This document shows positions 48,400 to 61,349 of a stretch of DNA of 64,000 nucleotides, piece after piece. Below the pieces are notes generated by a model. That model saw only the letters and a list, made by a program, of their open reading frames with translations. It made no database searches and was not told the origin of the DNA. Origin of the DNA: Selaginella moellendorffii (Eukaryota > Plantae > Lycopodiophyta); assembly GCF_000143415.4 (NCBI RefSeq), contig NW_003314274.1:1243395-1307394 (forward strand). The letters are read 5' to 3'. A program made the position numbers and the translations under genes. Positions within the stretch are counted from its first letter, which is position 1, and each line of letters starts with the position of its first letter.

Positions 48400-49300
48400 A
48401 TAAGTGTGTAAAAACTCGTATTCCTTTGAATTAGCCTATAACAATTTCATAATCCAATGCTATTGGTAAGTGCATCTCTTAGAATGAGACATATGCCATC
48501 AATAGATGGAGATATATTCCTCAACACTCTTATAAATATGTATGTCACTATAGCATTATTGATTGGGAATGTATCATTATTGAGTGGTGTAAGTATTACT
48601 CTATTAGCTATAACTTTAAGATTTGAAATATGAAGTAGAAATGGAAAAAAAGAATTATTAATTGATGATGTTACTATATTTGAATAAGACAATGTAATAG
48701 ACTCAAGTCCATTAATTTAAATAGTTAGTGCCAAATAAGCTCACAATGAGTTATTTGTAGTAAGAAGATATAGAAACAATAGTGCTCTCATTTATTCACT
48801 TGCAATAATTATACCTTATATCCATGTGGAACAACTGGAAATGTTTACCTAATTTGTAATAATAATAATTCTACCAAAAAATAAGTCAGTTTTCACAGCA
48901 CTCAATTTACAATAGAGAATGCATGTGTATGGACTATACTTATTTCATCCCATAATATTAAAACTCCTGCCTTATTAATATTACAAGCATTAAATTGCAA
49001 AAAAAATTCCATGCCATAGTAATAGCTTTTTTGTTTTTGAGCTGTAATATAAAAATAAAAGTGTTAAGAAGAAATGTTTTACTAATGCCACTAGGACCAT
49101 CAATAAATATGGCGATCAATAGCATTGAGGATATCAACAAGAATAGCTCTCTATCCACTATTGAAATAGAGAATATTTTATTTTTCATTTTGATGTATAT
49201 GTGTTAATTAATGTTGTTAACATTAATGTTTTGAGAGGGCATAACTATCTGGTAATTTTAGTGTTTTTCACGTGTATTTTATTTATATAATGCATATTCT
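48400..49300 (-). pseudogene. Helitron/PIF1-type helicase remnant
   Basis: IFIDGPSGISKTFLLN (compare FIDGPGGTGKTFL), a DLFFGRII-like motif and NRVILTPLNN..INN; many stops, AT-rich. Confidence 0.7.
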
Positions 49301-49777
49301 CACATAAAATATTTTAAGATAAAGTCTCAAAACTTATAGTAAGGATCCTTTGAAATACACAAAAATACAAATAATTGTTATAATTGTTATAATTGTGAAG
49401 GCATTCTAAAAGAACAAGCATCTTTTAGGCATTTTTCTCTCTCAGTATTGTCAACTAAAAGACCTATAGTAAATATAACTTATTGGAATGTCTCATAGCA
49501 AATATTATTAACTGTTTTTAAATTATTGAAGTCAAGATTACAAGTGTAAAACAATCATGCATTTTGAATTTGAAAACACACACACACACAACTATCTATA
49601 TATACGTTCCAAAAAATAATTTCTTAGTAATATCATATAAAAATTCCTGTAACATGTAAATATTATATGTAAATATTTTAAATATATAATAAATATTTTA
49701 AATATTATATTATTAAACATGTAAATATTATAAATATATCTGGTTTAAGATAATGAGTTACCATTGACGTGGCTTTC

Positions 49778-50970
49778 AGAAGCCATTGGAGGTAATATTC
49801 TTGTGTCTGCTTCGTGAGAGCAGATGTGATAAGGAGCTTTGCTCCTGAGATTGTGTGCTTTCGTTATTCTTGTGTTTTTCTAACAGCAGGGATATTTTGT
49901 AGGCAATCTAAACAGCTTCACAGATGGTTTTCGTTGGGTCTGGCATCAAGCACGATTATTTTCTCTCGCTGGTGAAACCGTTGTTTGAGGACATGCCTCT
50001 GGTGGCGCCTCCAGAGCCTGCGAAGTCCGAGTATGTTGGTGGCGAGTGGCGCCATCAAGGCGAGAGTGATGTAAGACTTTTTCCTTTCTTTCGTTTTTGC
50101 TTGTTGGAAGTCTAAATGGATCTAACTCTTTCATTTTTAAGCAGACTACGTGGGTTTCCATCGCTTTTGAAATCCCTGGTGGCTGGAGAAACGAACGCGA
50201 TGCTGTTGCGGCAACTATGTTATAGGTAAATCTTCCCCTTCTTTCTCAAGTTTGCTGGAAGAAAATGTTTATGCTCAAACTTTGTGTTTCTTTTTTAGTT
50301 TTTTGGCTCGTTTTCAACCGGGGCCCGGGCAAGGGAATTCATTCCAGATTGTGTATGTATGAATCGTGGTTTGGTTTTTGTGTTCTTACTTAGTTTGGCA
50401 CTGACGTCCAGATACTCTGTCCATCCCAAGGTGGAAAGTTTTACTGCTTTTACTTCTGTGTACAATGACTCCGGCTTGTTTGGTATCCACGCATCTTCTG
50501 TGAGTAGCGCTCTCGAGTAATATTTGTCTCAAACGCCTGTTTTGTGCTGTTTATCTAGGAGCACAATTTTGTAGACGAACTGGTAGATATTATAGGAGAT
50601 GAGCTTATTTCTGTGGCAGAACCTGGAGAAGGTACTCAACTCCGAACTTTTTCTTTTTTCACTTCTCTATGAACGTTCTCAACAAGATTGAATTGGAGCG
50701 CACAAAGAATGCAACCATTTCACTAATTTTGATGAATCTTGAATCTCAGGATAGTGTGCAGAGATGAACTATATATTTTCTTATAGGTGGTCGTGAATGA
50801 AGGCAAATTTTCACCTATGGTTGCAGGTTAGAGACTACGTTATTTGTAAATTGTTTTGTGAGATTTTTATTTTGGGGACAGGAAGCCTGCAAAAGATTTT
50901 ATCAACGCAGTTCATAAGCACTTTAGATGATCTTTGCAAATTTGTGGAGAAGATGGCTTGCTTGGCAACG
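49778..50970 (+). pseudogene. MPPA: Mitochondrial processing peptidase alpha subunit pseudogene with introns retained
   Basis: EAIGGNILVSASREQM*, SEYVGGEWR, IAFEIPGGWRNERDAV, GPGKGIHSRL, SVYNDSGLFGIHAS, LMNLES; stops and deletions; short introns. Confidence 0.88.
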
Positions 50971-51122
50971 GTATGAATATCACAAAGTTTTCAAATTTAA
51001 AACCTTAAACTCAATTAGTAATTTTTATTAATAATTGATATTAAATTACTTTAACAAAATTGACAGCCGTTAGGGTTCTTGGCGAAGGGCTTGGCGGCGA
51101 GCGGTAAGTCACTCCCGATTGA

Positions 51123-51924
51123 TTGGCGCCCCCCTTGCCAAGATATCTCTCGCCAAACACGAGACTCAAAGCTCTGAACCCCACGTTGATGCAAGTCACC
51201 AACCAGAAAGAAGAGATCCAGAACACAAAGGCACAGAATGACAAGCTTATGAAGGTCAACAAAGTGCGAGCTGGGAAAATCCAGGAGCTACTCAAGGGAG
51301 ATCGTCAGGAGAATACCAAACTCACGGAGAGAGTGGCAAAGCTCGAAGAGGAAACTTCGAAGCTGAAGGAGGAACTTACAGACCAGAGTCGTCAGCTTTC
51401 AGCCCAGGGCCGTCAACTCTCAGCATTGGAGCAGAGGTTATCTGCATTGCGCTTGTTTGAGCGAGTGCTTCTGCGAAAGCTCTGCGAGGCCACTCGGGAG
51501 AAATGCGTGAGGCTTGCAAGAGAAGCAGATGTGGAGATCCCACTTGCAGCCGATGGAAAAACAAATTGGATGGAAAAACAAATTGGAATGCGTTTTTCAA
51601 CATTCCAGGGTAACTTTTTCTTTTTCTTTTTCTTTTTTTCTTCTGTCAACTAGTACTTACATGTCTTTTATTTCTTTCAGAGTCGTGGCATTGTTAAACG
51701 ATGCAGGGCTCACCATGGGGCTCGAGTATGCCAGATCGATCCCACGGCATTTGCATGCCGGTACGTATCAAGTGGTGGAATCGGAGGAGGTGTTTGTGGA
51801 CACAGTGCTGGAGCTGATGCTCAACGAGTTCCAGACCAAAATGGAGAACATTCTGGTGTTCGTCTATCCAGCAGCGCAAGATTCTCTCCAAGTGGCATTT
51901 GAGGCTGACGCTCAGACTGATTAA
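51123..51924 (+). pseudogene. Coiled-coil protein gene frameshifted by a 17-bp duplication
   Basis: Heptad-rich ORF. GATGGAAAAACAAATTG occurs twice at 51552-51585. A GT-AG intron at ~51610-51680 joins to RVVALLNDAG. Confidence 0.5.
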
Positions 51925-52600
51925 TCAATTCAAAGCTTACTAAGCACCGAGTTCTTTGTTTCTCGTGTCAGGTTTTGCAACGACTTTTTGTTCCCTCGAA
52001 TTCTCTCCCTTCAATAGTCATCCTCTTGAGTTCTAGAGCCTCTTATACAAGTCTGCTGTTTTTACCATCGAAAGATACAAGTAAATTGAAGTAAATGTAG
52101 AAACTCCTTTTGTTGCTAAATCTTCTTGTTCATTTTCTTTGCCTGTCAAAGAGTAACTTCCATCTAGCAAATAAAAATAGCAAATGAGTCAAGTGAAAAT
52201 AGCAAGAGGTGAAAGTTTCCTCACGTGCTAATGGCTGACTAAGTGCACCACAACTACTGGCTGCTTCTTCCACTCCTCCATGGCTCTCAAGCTTCTTTTT
52301 TTTCTGAGGACCTTCAATGCCCCCGATTTTCTTTGGCTTTTCATCTCTCTCAGGAGGCGTTGAAGGTAGCTGCAAGAGGCCAAATCCCATAGCAATCTTG
52401 CCAACCTGCAGTTTCTTCCACCTAAATACAAATAGAGAACAAGGATTGCTTACCAGAGGAATCTCGTGACACTCGTACAATCCTACATCCAGAAGTCCAA
52501 TCGTGGCCAAGCAAACAAGATCTTCGTTCCATGGCAGATCATGACGTGGTTCACTTTCCAAGAACACAGAGTTTCGTGATCGTCTCTTGGAACGCGATGA

Positions 52601-52748
52601 ATGTGGCAGCATCCCGGATCAGCGACTGAGAGTCTATGTTTGATTGCATCTCAGAGCGCCATGGAACTCGATGTATGTGGCAATATCCCGGATCAGCGAC
52701 TGAGAGTCTATGTTTGATTGCGTCTCAGGGTGCCATGGAACTCGATGA
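52601..52748 (+). repeat. 74-bp tandem duplication
   Basis: ATGTGGCA..TCCCGGATCAGCGACTGAGAGTCTATGTTTGATTGC..CCATGGAACTCGATG occurs twice. Confidence 0.85.
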
Positions 52749-52974
52749 TAATGGTGCTCGCGCACCAGGGGCAAATTGTGGCAGCGAAATCGACCTTCGA
52801 CAGAATGTCAGCCAAGGTTCTCGTATCCTGGACCAATCTACTACTGTGCTACGCCCAGATTCTCCTGTCATTCTGGGCAGAATGACAGGACGTTCCATTG
52901 GTTCCCCTTCACCAGCACAGCAGTGAATACCAGAGGGGGGATTTGGCCACTGCAAAAGAGATATCTGATTTCAT

Positions 52975-53320
52975 GCAGGATCAAGACGTGGTGCATGGAC
53001 GGCAATGATGACAGCCACCAAGGCCTCGTCGCCCTCACGAAGAACATCTTCAATCAAATCCCAGAGAAGAATCCAGCACCATGGATCCTTGCATTTGCGA
53101 GAATGGGCATTTTGACGAGGCTGTTCACGAGATCCTGCGCAAGACCATTTTGTTGCTGGATAGATCTCACACAAGTTTCAACTTGTGTGCCACCAGGAGC
53201 ATGATGGAGAGCATGAAGATGTGCACCTTGGTTTCCTGGATGACAGATGCTCAAAGTGGGCACTACGATCAAGCAGTGGAAGTCTTCCAGCTTATGAATC
53301 TTGAGGGTGTCAAGCGTGTT
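52975..53320 (+). pseudogene. PPR (PLS-type) gene fragment
   Basis: KNIFNQIPEKN, ENGHFDEA and LVSW..AQSGHYDQAVEVFQLMNLEGV in shifting frames. Confidence 0.7.
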
Positions 53321-54109
53321 CTAACTTCGTGCAATGTTAGTCTAGATGGTAAAAAGAAAAGATCAAATGACAAATTGAAGGATTAACACTTACTTCATAA
53401 AATCTTTAAGTCATCTCCAAAATTATCTTCATAATAATTAAGTTCCTTATCATCATTTAGATTCTGTTTCAGTTTGTAAATATTGTCTTCCCATAAACTT
53501 GATCCTCAAACAATTTTTTAAAAACCAAACTATATCATCCATAACTCTCAAATCGATCTCATGACCATATTTCATATCAATGGGAGATGGTAGAACACCA
53601 AGAATAGGACAAGCCGTATAATCACATTCTATGGAAGTTAGAAATGGCAACACACCAAGAATAGGTGTAGTACTAATATGATCACACTCTATAACATCAA
53701 AAGCTCAATCTAATAGAGTAGCATTAGCAACCTCAAGTGATATACTCTTTAATCAAGAATGGTGTAGTATGGTAGAAGAAGAAAATGCAATAAATATTAA
53801 AAGAAAGAGTATCTAAGCATAACAATAGCTAGAATTCTAAATCTTAAAAAAAGCTAATATAAATCTAGATCTAAAAGAGAATGAAAAAATAAGAATAAAA
53901 AATATGATCCTGAACAGTAGAGCAAAGCATTACCAAAAGCTTTGCCCTTTAGGTACAAATTGCAATGCCCCTCAACTCCATTAATGTGAATGCTCGAGAT
54001 ATAGGAATAAATATATTAATTGGGATTTATATATACATGAATATATACATGTATTTACAAACCTTACAAATATATTTTAAATTTCAATTATAAAATATCT
54101 ATAATAATA

Positions 54110-56430
54110 CAAAGGAGTTGTCAAACTTTCTGGGCTGTCAAATCTAGCCAATGGAAGCCATCCACTGGGGGGGTGGGTTATTTCTTTAACCACATCTTAG
54201 TGAATAATCATGCTAATGTTTCCTCTTAGCCAATGGAAAGTGGCTAATTGTTTGGGGTGAAAGAAGGCATTATGATATATATTATATATAATGTATTGAC
54301 CGGACTGTATCTGTCAAGTGAAGAAGGCTTGATGATATGGCCAAAAACAAGCATAGCATTGGGCCAACGGCTGTGATTTATTCATCTCGACCAACTTCCT
54401 GTTGAGTTTGATTTTTGCTCTATACATTGTTTGTACCATTGAAAGAAATTCTTGAATTAAGTCTAATGAACAAACAACAAGGCTTGGATATTAAGTTCTG
54501 GACCTCATAAAGCCAATATTCTTTATTTTTAGACTTTTTCTGGCTCTGAGTAATATTTATATTTATTCATATTCTAAGTAAAAACATATAATTAAATAAT
54601 GCCTTACTAAATTAATAGTTATTCTTAGTAATACTTCTTTTAATTTTGTTTGAGTCTAGTGTTCTTAAGATCTTAGTACTCTGAATTTTCTTATATCCCA
54701 AGTAAAACATACTGTGCATTAACATCTAATTAATACATTTATTTTTAATACTTATTCTTTTACTGGTTTTTGTCTAATATATTAGTGTTCTTAAATTCTT
54801 AATGTTATAAATGTATTATTTTTCTTATATTATACTTTCCCTCTAATTTGTTTTAAAAAATATTCTTAGCAATTCATTTTTGAACTTTTTTCTGGTTTGG
54901 GTATTAGTTTTCTTAAAATCTAGGTATTCTAAATATATTAATATTCNNNNNNNNNNNNNNNNNNNNNNNNNNNNNNNNNNNNNNNNNNNNNNNNNNNNNN
55001 NNNNNNNNNNNNNNNNNNNNNNNNNNNNNNNNNNNNNNNNNNNNNNTAGTGAATAATCACACTAATGTTTGTTCTCAGCCAATGCGATAGAAGGAGCTAT
55101 AACACATGTTATATGCATGTGTTGATGAGCTCCACTAGCATTAAGAACCTTGCCAATGAGGATGATCTTCTTCGTCAAGTTCTCAGCTTCAAAAGCGTTC
55201 TCTAGCTCAACCAGATCAAATGGCCACTTCCCAAACATGACACTCGAGTCCTAGTATAGCAATTCATCCAGTCCTTGCTACAACACTTCTTTCCTCTCCT
55301 ATAAAGAGGAAACTTTGCTAGAGATTTGATCCAAAGGAGGAGAGATTGACAAACTTGGGCATCAGATTCTCTAGTTTCTTCTTGAGCTGCTCAATCATAG
55401 GGACATATATTGACCTGGTTCATGTTGACAGTGCTAGATGTTGGAAGGATTTTCTGTGTGAGCCACTAGTAGATGAGCCAGAGTGCATAGTGCGAGACAC
55501 TGAGGAACAAGTGGTTGCCTAGCAGCTGCTTGTTAAACACCACTCAGCCCTTAGGTGTGGACATGCTCGGGCAAAAGTAGTCTACCACTGGAATGACTAG
55601 AGCCACACTAGTGAGCCTAAGGGAACAAGATCAATCTAGAGACAAACTTTTGTCCTCATAAAAGCAGTTTATGATCAATGAAGGAAAAAGATTGAATAGC
55701 AAGATTTAGATTGCATTGGTCGAGTGAAGAGGTATTGTGACTAATGCATGTATTTGATGATGCATTGTTGACTGGCATTAACACTCAACCTTTTGTAATG
55801 GAAACTCATGGGATTTTATAATTCCCTCTAAAGACTTTAATAGTTTAATTTGGGGAAACACGTGCTTATAATTACTTCCTCAAATTCATTTTTCAAAGTG
55901 GAATATAATATTTAATTTAGTTTTCAATATAGCAAAATTATAAAAATCAAAATAGTGTTTGCTAATTGGGCAGCATATGGTGGGCAATAGCTATAATAAT
56001 GAGGAGTTGCCAAACTTTTTAGACCATCAAATCCAGCCAATAGCATCTATTTGATGGGGGATAATAGTCAAAAGGCTATTTCTTTAACCATGTCTTAGTG
56101 AATAATTGTGTTGACATTTGCTCTTAGCCAATGGGAGGTTGTCAATTGCCTAAGGAGAGAAGGTGTTATAACATGTGTCACATGCAATGTGTTAACTAAC
56201 ATTGACACTCAATCTTTTGCAATGGCACTGTATCACTTGGATCTTATAATTCCTTCTAAGGAATTTAATAGTTTCCTATGAAAAAACACATGCTTATATA
56301 GTTAATTCTTCTTTCAAAGTGGAATACAATAATTATTATTTTGATACTATTCCAATTTGATTTTCAATGTAACAAAATTATGACAATCTAAACAATATTT
56401 ACTAACTAGGCAGCATATACTTGGCAATAA
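54110..56430 (+). repeat. Local duplicated blocks (54110-54260 with 56000-56150; ~55770-55990 with 56195-56430), unclassified
   Basis: Shared GGAGTTG.CAAACTTT..CAAATC.AGCCAAT..TATTTCTTTAACCA..TCTTAGTGAATAAT and ACACTCAA.CTTTTG..GGCAGCATAT. Confidence 0.6.
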
Positions 56431-57899
56431 CTAGTAATATAAAATAATAATATTGTGTTGTAGTGTGAATCTATATTAATACAAATTTGAGATAGGTGAT
56501 ATTATAAATATTTTCTAGAAATTAAGTAATTTTATTAAAAAGATAATCAGATCTAAATATAACTATATAGTACATAGAATAAATATAAATAAATACAAGA
56601 TTATAATTAATAATATTAATTAAAAGTGCATTAATAAAGTATAATATTTTTAAATATTATACTTTTGTTAAATTTAAATACATTTTAGATCACTAAAGTG
56701 CAATAAAAGACCATATTGTGATACCACATTTTAAATATAATAAAAATGACAATGTAGAAATAAGAAGTAAAAAAAGANNNNNNNNNNNNNNNNNNNNNNN
56801 NNNNNNNNNNNNNNNNNNNNNNNNNNNNNNNNNNNNNNNNNNNNNNNNNNNNNNNNNNNNNNNNNNNNNNNNNNNNNNNNNNNNNNNNNNNNNNNNNNNN
56901 NNNNNNNNNNNNNNNNNNNNNNNNNNNNNNNNNNNNNNNNNNNNNNNNNNNNNNNNNNNNNNNNGATTTTAGAGATATTTACACTTTGAAAAATATTTTA
57001 TTATTGAACTTAGAGAAAAAAATTCAATGATTATTTAAATATTACAAGATTAAAAACATTAGAAGTGGTTTTAGAATGCTAACCACTTGGGAAAATATTT
57101 TGATATTGCTACATTTTGCAATGGTGTAAGATATATATATAAAAAAGTCTTTATCATAATATAATATTCAGTATCAGTGAATTGGTTGTTGTGGAAAAAT
57201 AAATAATCTTTGGGATTAAACTTAATGTACTTATTTTTGTTTTTGTGATCTTGTTTTTAGTTATGCTTGTCAACATTTTCATAAAATTATATTACATTAT
57301 TTTTTTCACCTATTTAAAGCTTGTATGAATACATATAAATGTTAGCATGAATGGAAAGTTATGTTTTTTTTAACTATATTGAAGGATTTTTAATAAAAGA
57401 TGGATTATTTGTTATAAGTATTATAACATTCAAGTCACAGAAATCACTGTGAATTTTGTTTACTCAGTTATTAAATTTTCATTAAACCTTATACACATAT
57501 GACATAGAAATAATACGCTAATATCAAATTTTATTTTATGGTGTCTTTCTTAGTTGTTATATTTAAAGTTCACATTAGTAAAGATTTCTTTTGGCTATTA
57601 CTTAAAGGTTTTATTGGCTTTAATAAATTTCACTTTTTCTCCTTTCAGAGCACTTTTATATTTAAGTTTAATCAACTCCAAATCATAAAGAATTTTGCAA
57701 TTTATTTTTTTATGAAATATATTATAGTCAATAGCTTTTGTTAAAAAGTATCTATCTTAATAGTAGGAAAATGAGCCAGTACTGGAATGATATATAAATT
57801 ATTAGTTCTATTGGAGAATATATATATATATATATCTTCATGTGTGAGAAATTGTGTGCGGAATCAGTACTCCCTCAGTCTTTGATATGTTGCTCTAGC

Positions 57900-59250
57900 C
57901 AGAAGGCATAGCTGCAGCGTTCCAGGAGCAACTCTCCGAGCGAGATCCGCTACACACGACTGGTGCATTGCTGTGGAAAGTGAAACGCTTGATTGTGTCA
58001 AAAAGAAGCTCATGCCCATGTGGCCTACTCAACTGCGTTCCAAGGTCACACTGATATTGGACACGAATCCTTGGCCTGTTTACAGGGCCCTGCGAACCTA
58101 AAAAGGCGCTCAAAAAAAAAGCTGACTTTATCATCACACCTAGGTGGAGATGTAAAACAATACTTGGAAAATTACCTCGATCCCCTCTATATGAAGCGCT
58201 TTCACCATTTACTTGAGCTCCAGAGATGCAGCTATAGGTCAACCTCCGTTAGTGGCAAGCCGGCTCATCGGAGAGAAGAAGTTTATGGTTGAGTTGCCCC
58301 AAGCATTTACCTGTATAGAGAATGAGTTTATGGAAATCGCCCGTCGGTTCCTCAAGCTCAACTCGTACTCGTGGCTCAACTCCTGTCAACAAAACCATTT
58401 AGCCTGTGGACAGTAAAAAGACAAAAAGCACCTTGTCGATAAAGCCAAGGCACCTTCCCCCAACACCAGAAGTGTAGCAGAGAGCCACATCGTGAAGGCT
58501 GGACCCATACCAGCACCGCATCAACAGAAGGAAGACGTACGTCCGACGGCTTGTAAAAACAGCCACTACTGGGGTGAAGCATCAACAGGGAGATTTCGGG
58601 ATTCAAACAACCTCGCTGATCCCTCTTAGAGCCATCTCAAACGGAGTTTCTCTTCTTCCTTGCGTCTCAGCAAAGCTTCTTGTATTATTAGCAATACAAT
58701 GCATCAATACAAAGATCTTCTTCCACATCACAAGTCTTAACTACTGGGAGAGAAACATCCAATTGCAGTCTATGCACCATCAGTATGTTTACCTTTTGCT
58801 TCCCAAACCCAATCCTCCAAAACTTTTCATGTACCTTTGAATGATCATCCATCTTTAATTCAGACCATGGATAGACAGTAGCATTGCTGGTGCAACCCAA
58901 AAGCTTAATGGTGGGATTATTTTTTGCATTGCGGCAAGCCCAAGCTCATAAATTTGCATCACATTCGTTCGATGATGGGCATATCTGCCACGTTGGTCAC
59001 TGAATTGTAACCAAAGCTTGAACCAAAGTGCAATTTGCTGCCATTGACAATTCCAAAAGCCCAGATTGCTCTCTTAGCCAGTAGCTGCAACGTCCGGGGA
59101 TTCGTCGTCAACCATGATGGTCCATGGGAGCTCCAAACCCATGTTCTCCAACTTCTTTTTGTAATCCCAAGAACCAGATTCGTGAGACATAGAAAAGACA
59201 TCGTAACTACACCTTAAGCAGCAACTTTCAATGATCTGTTGGTATGTTCC
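57900..59250. other. Coding-like, unidentified gene fragments on both strands
   Basis: Higher GC than the flanks, with short frameshifted ORFs; no family recognised. Confidence 0.3.
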
Positions 59251-61095
59251 TACACTCTACCGGAACTAAAAATGCAGTGAGAGCTTCACAGATCGCATGC
59301 TTGGCGTGTAAAACCCCTGAATTTTCTGCTTCCCTAACCAGAGTCTAAGCTTATGGCGATTTGCCTTTAGTAAATTCTCAATATTCTTTCTCCCTTTGAT
59401 GAAAGAGTAGTCCAAGGTGCTTAAATGTTGGCAGCGTCAAGCTTCTGGAAAGCAAGGCAAGGACAAGCTGATTGCTCCTTCCCTATACTCCAGAGTTTTG
59501 ATAAGTCAGACGATACACCAAGAAGCAGGCATTTTGTTCTACCTAGTGATCTAGACGCTAGTGAGAAGAAATGTCACAGGAGCGACAGACTTGGATAAAA
59601 GGAAGCTCGAATTTGTTTCATCAAGATCAAAGCGTCTTTCTAGAATTTCTGGATCAGGGACGACACCGAATTAGATTGCCGGTGCGAATGGTAGAAAATC
59701 AGTGACTTCCAAGGAATCCAAGTCAAGTTCTCTGAGAAACAGTGCCAGACACAGGGAATTAAACTCTCCATGAAGCCCGAGAATCCTAGTTTGAGATTTA
59801 CCGCTTAGTTGGACGAGTCCCCGAGCCGCCCGATCAGACAGGAAAGTGACAACGCAGTGAATCTCCTCGCAAATATAAGGGCACGCAGCAGCAGCTGACT
59901 GTCGTCTGGAACAAAGCGGGAGACCCCTTTTTTNNNNNNNNNNNNNNNNNNNNNNNNNNNNNNNNNNNNNNNNNNNNNNNNNNNNNNNNNNNNNNNNNNN
60001 NNNNNNNNNNNNNNNNNNNNNNNNNNNNNNNNNGGCTTGGTGGACGAAATCCCCAGAGGACAGTCCTTGAATTCCATAAAAAACACTGGGAAGCCTCGCT
60101 ACGTCATATGTGGTATTATCTTCGTTGTTTTTCTTGGAAGAAAATTAAGCGAGGATATACGGTTTCTAGGATGTTGGATTATTGTTGTTCTTGGAGCAGA
60201 GATGTACGATTGCGTCTACCCAACGAGAACTGTTTGAGAAATGAAATAGAACATGTTTCTTGAATAGATTAAATTGCGGGTGTATTTATTCTGATCCATT
60301 TTTCTTACAGAATTCATATTTGGGAATCAGACAGATTCACTCCCATGTTCAAAACCATTTTTTTTTAAAGGCCAAAATGTCTCACGAGATTTGTTTGGCT
60401 ATCATTATTTAATTTAAATATTTGTATTGATGTGATTATTAGAATATGCTCAGTTTTTATGAGTTTCTATTATTAAGTGTATTTATAAGAAGTATGAAAA
60501 TGTTAAATGTAGTTTTAAGATCCCTTAATTATTATTAATATGACATTCTTTGTTTGATTCTTTTTAAGGTTTTTTGTTTGATCTAAGATCTTTATTAAAC
60601 AGGCTTTATTTTTGTCTCCTAGACAAAAATGCAACAATGCTTGGTTTGCTTAATAGTAATTTATTATTCTAATTAATCAAATAGAAATTTATAATTATAA
60701 ACATATCTATAATTTATAAAATAATATTAATCTTATATTAGATAGTAGAATAAACTAGAATATACAAAAAGTGTTTATAAATTATAGATTGATCTAAATG
60801 AATAACAACCAGTAAATGGTAGAATATCCTAAAATATTTATGCATATTTTAGGTATATTCACTACCACCCACTTTGCTTAAGCAAACCAAAAAACTATAT
60901 CAAAACCTTAGAAACATAACATAGTTAAAATTCTGTTTCTCATTCTACTTATGGTAAATAACTAAGCTGAACTTGATTTCCATATAAGATGAAAATGCAA
61001 TTGAAAACATTACTAGGAGGATTAACATTTAATTAAAAATTATAACATTATAATTAAAAGACATGATCTTATATTTATATGAGTAGAACACATAA

Positions 61096-61300
61096 TTTGT
61101 AAATTGTTTTTTGAGCTTGTTATTTTGGGGACAGGAAGCCTGCAAAAGAATTTATCAATGCAGTTCATGAGCACTTTTGATGACCTTTGTAAAGTTGTGG
61201 AGAAGATGGCTTGCTACAGCAACCATTCTTTTGTCTAGCCATAGCAAAAGAGTGACAGGGACCAGACGTATATCACAAAGTTTTCATATTTCTATCAATT
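61096..61300 (+). pseudogene. Second copy of the last intron/exon of the MPP-alpha pseudogene
   Basis: Similar to ~50843-51005 (GGGGACAGGAAGCCTGCAAAAGA..GTGGAGAAGATGGCTTGCT). Confidence 0.75.
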
Positions 61301-61349
61301 TAAAACCTTTCTTGCAGTTAAAAGAGTTTCTCTTCCTGAAAAAGTCTCT

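Noticed and set aside
55150-55620. Possible decayed coding segment on the minus strand
   Set aside because: Several stops and no recognisable family.
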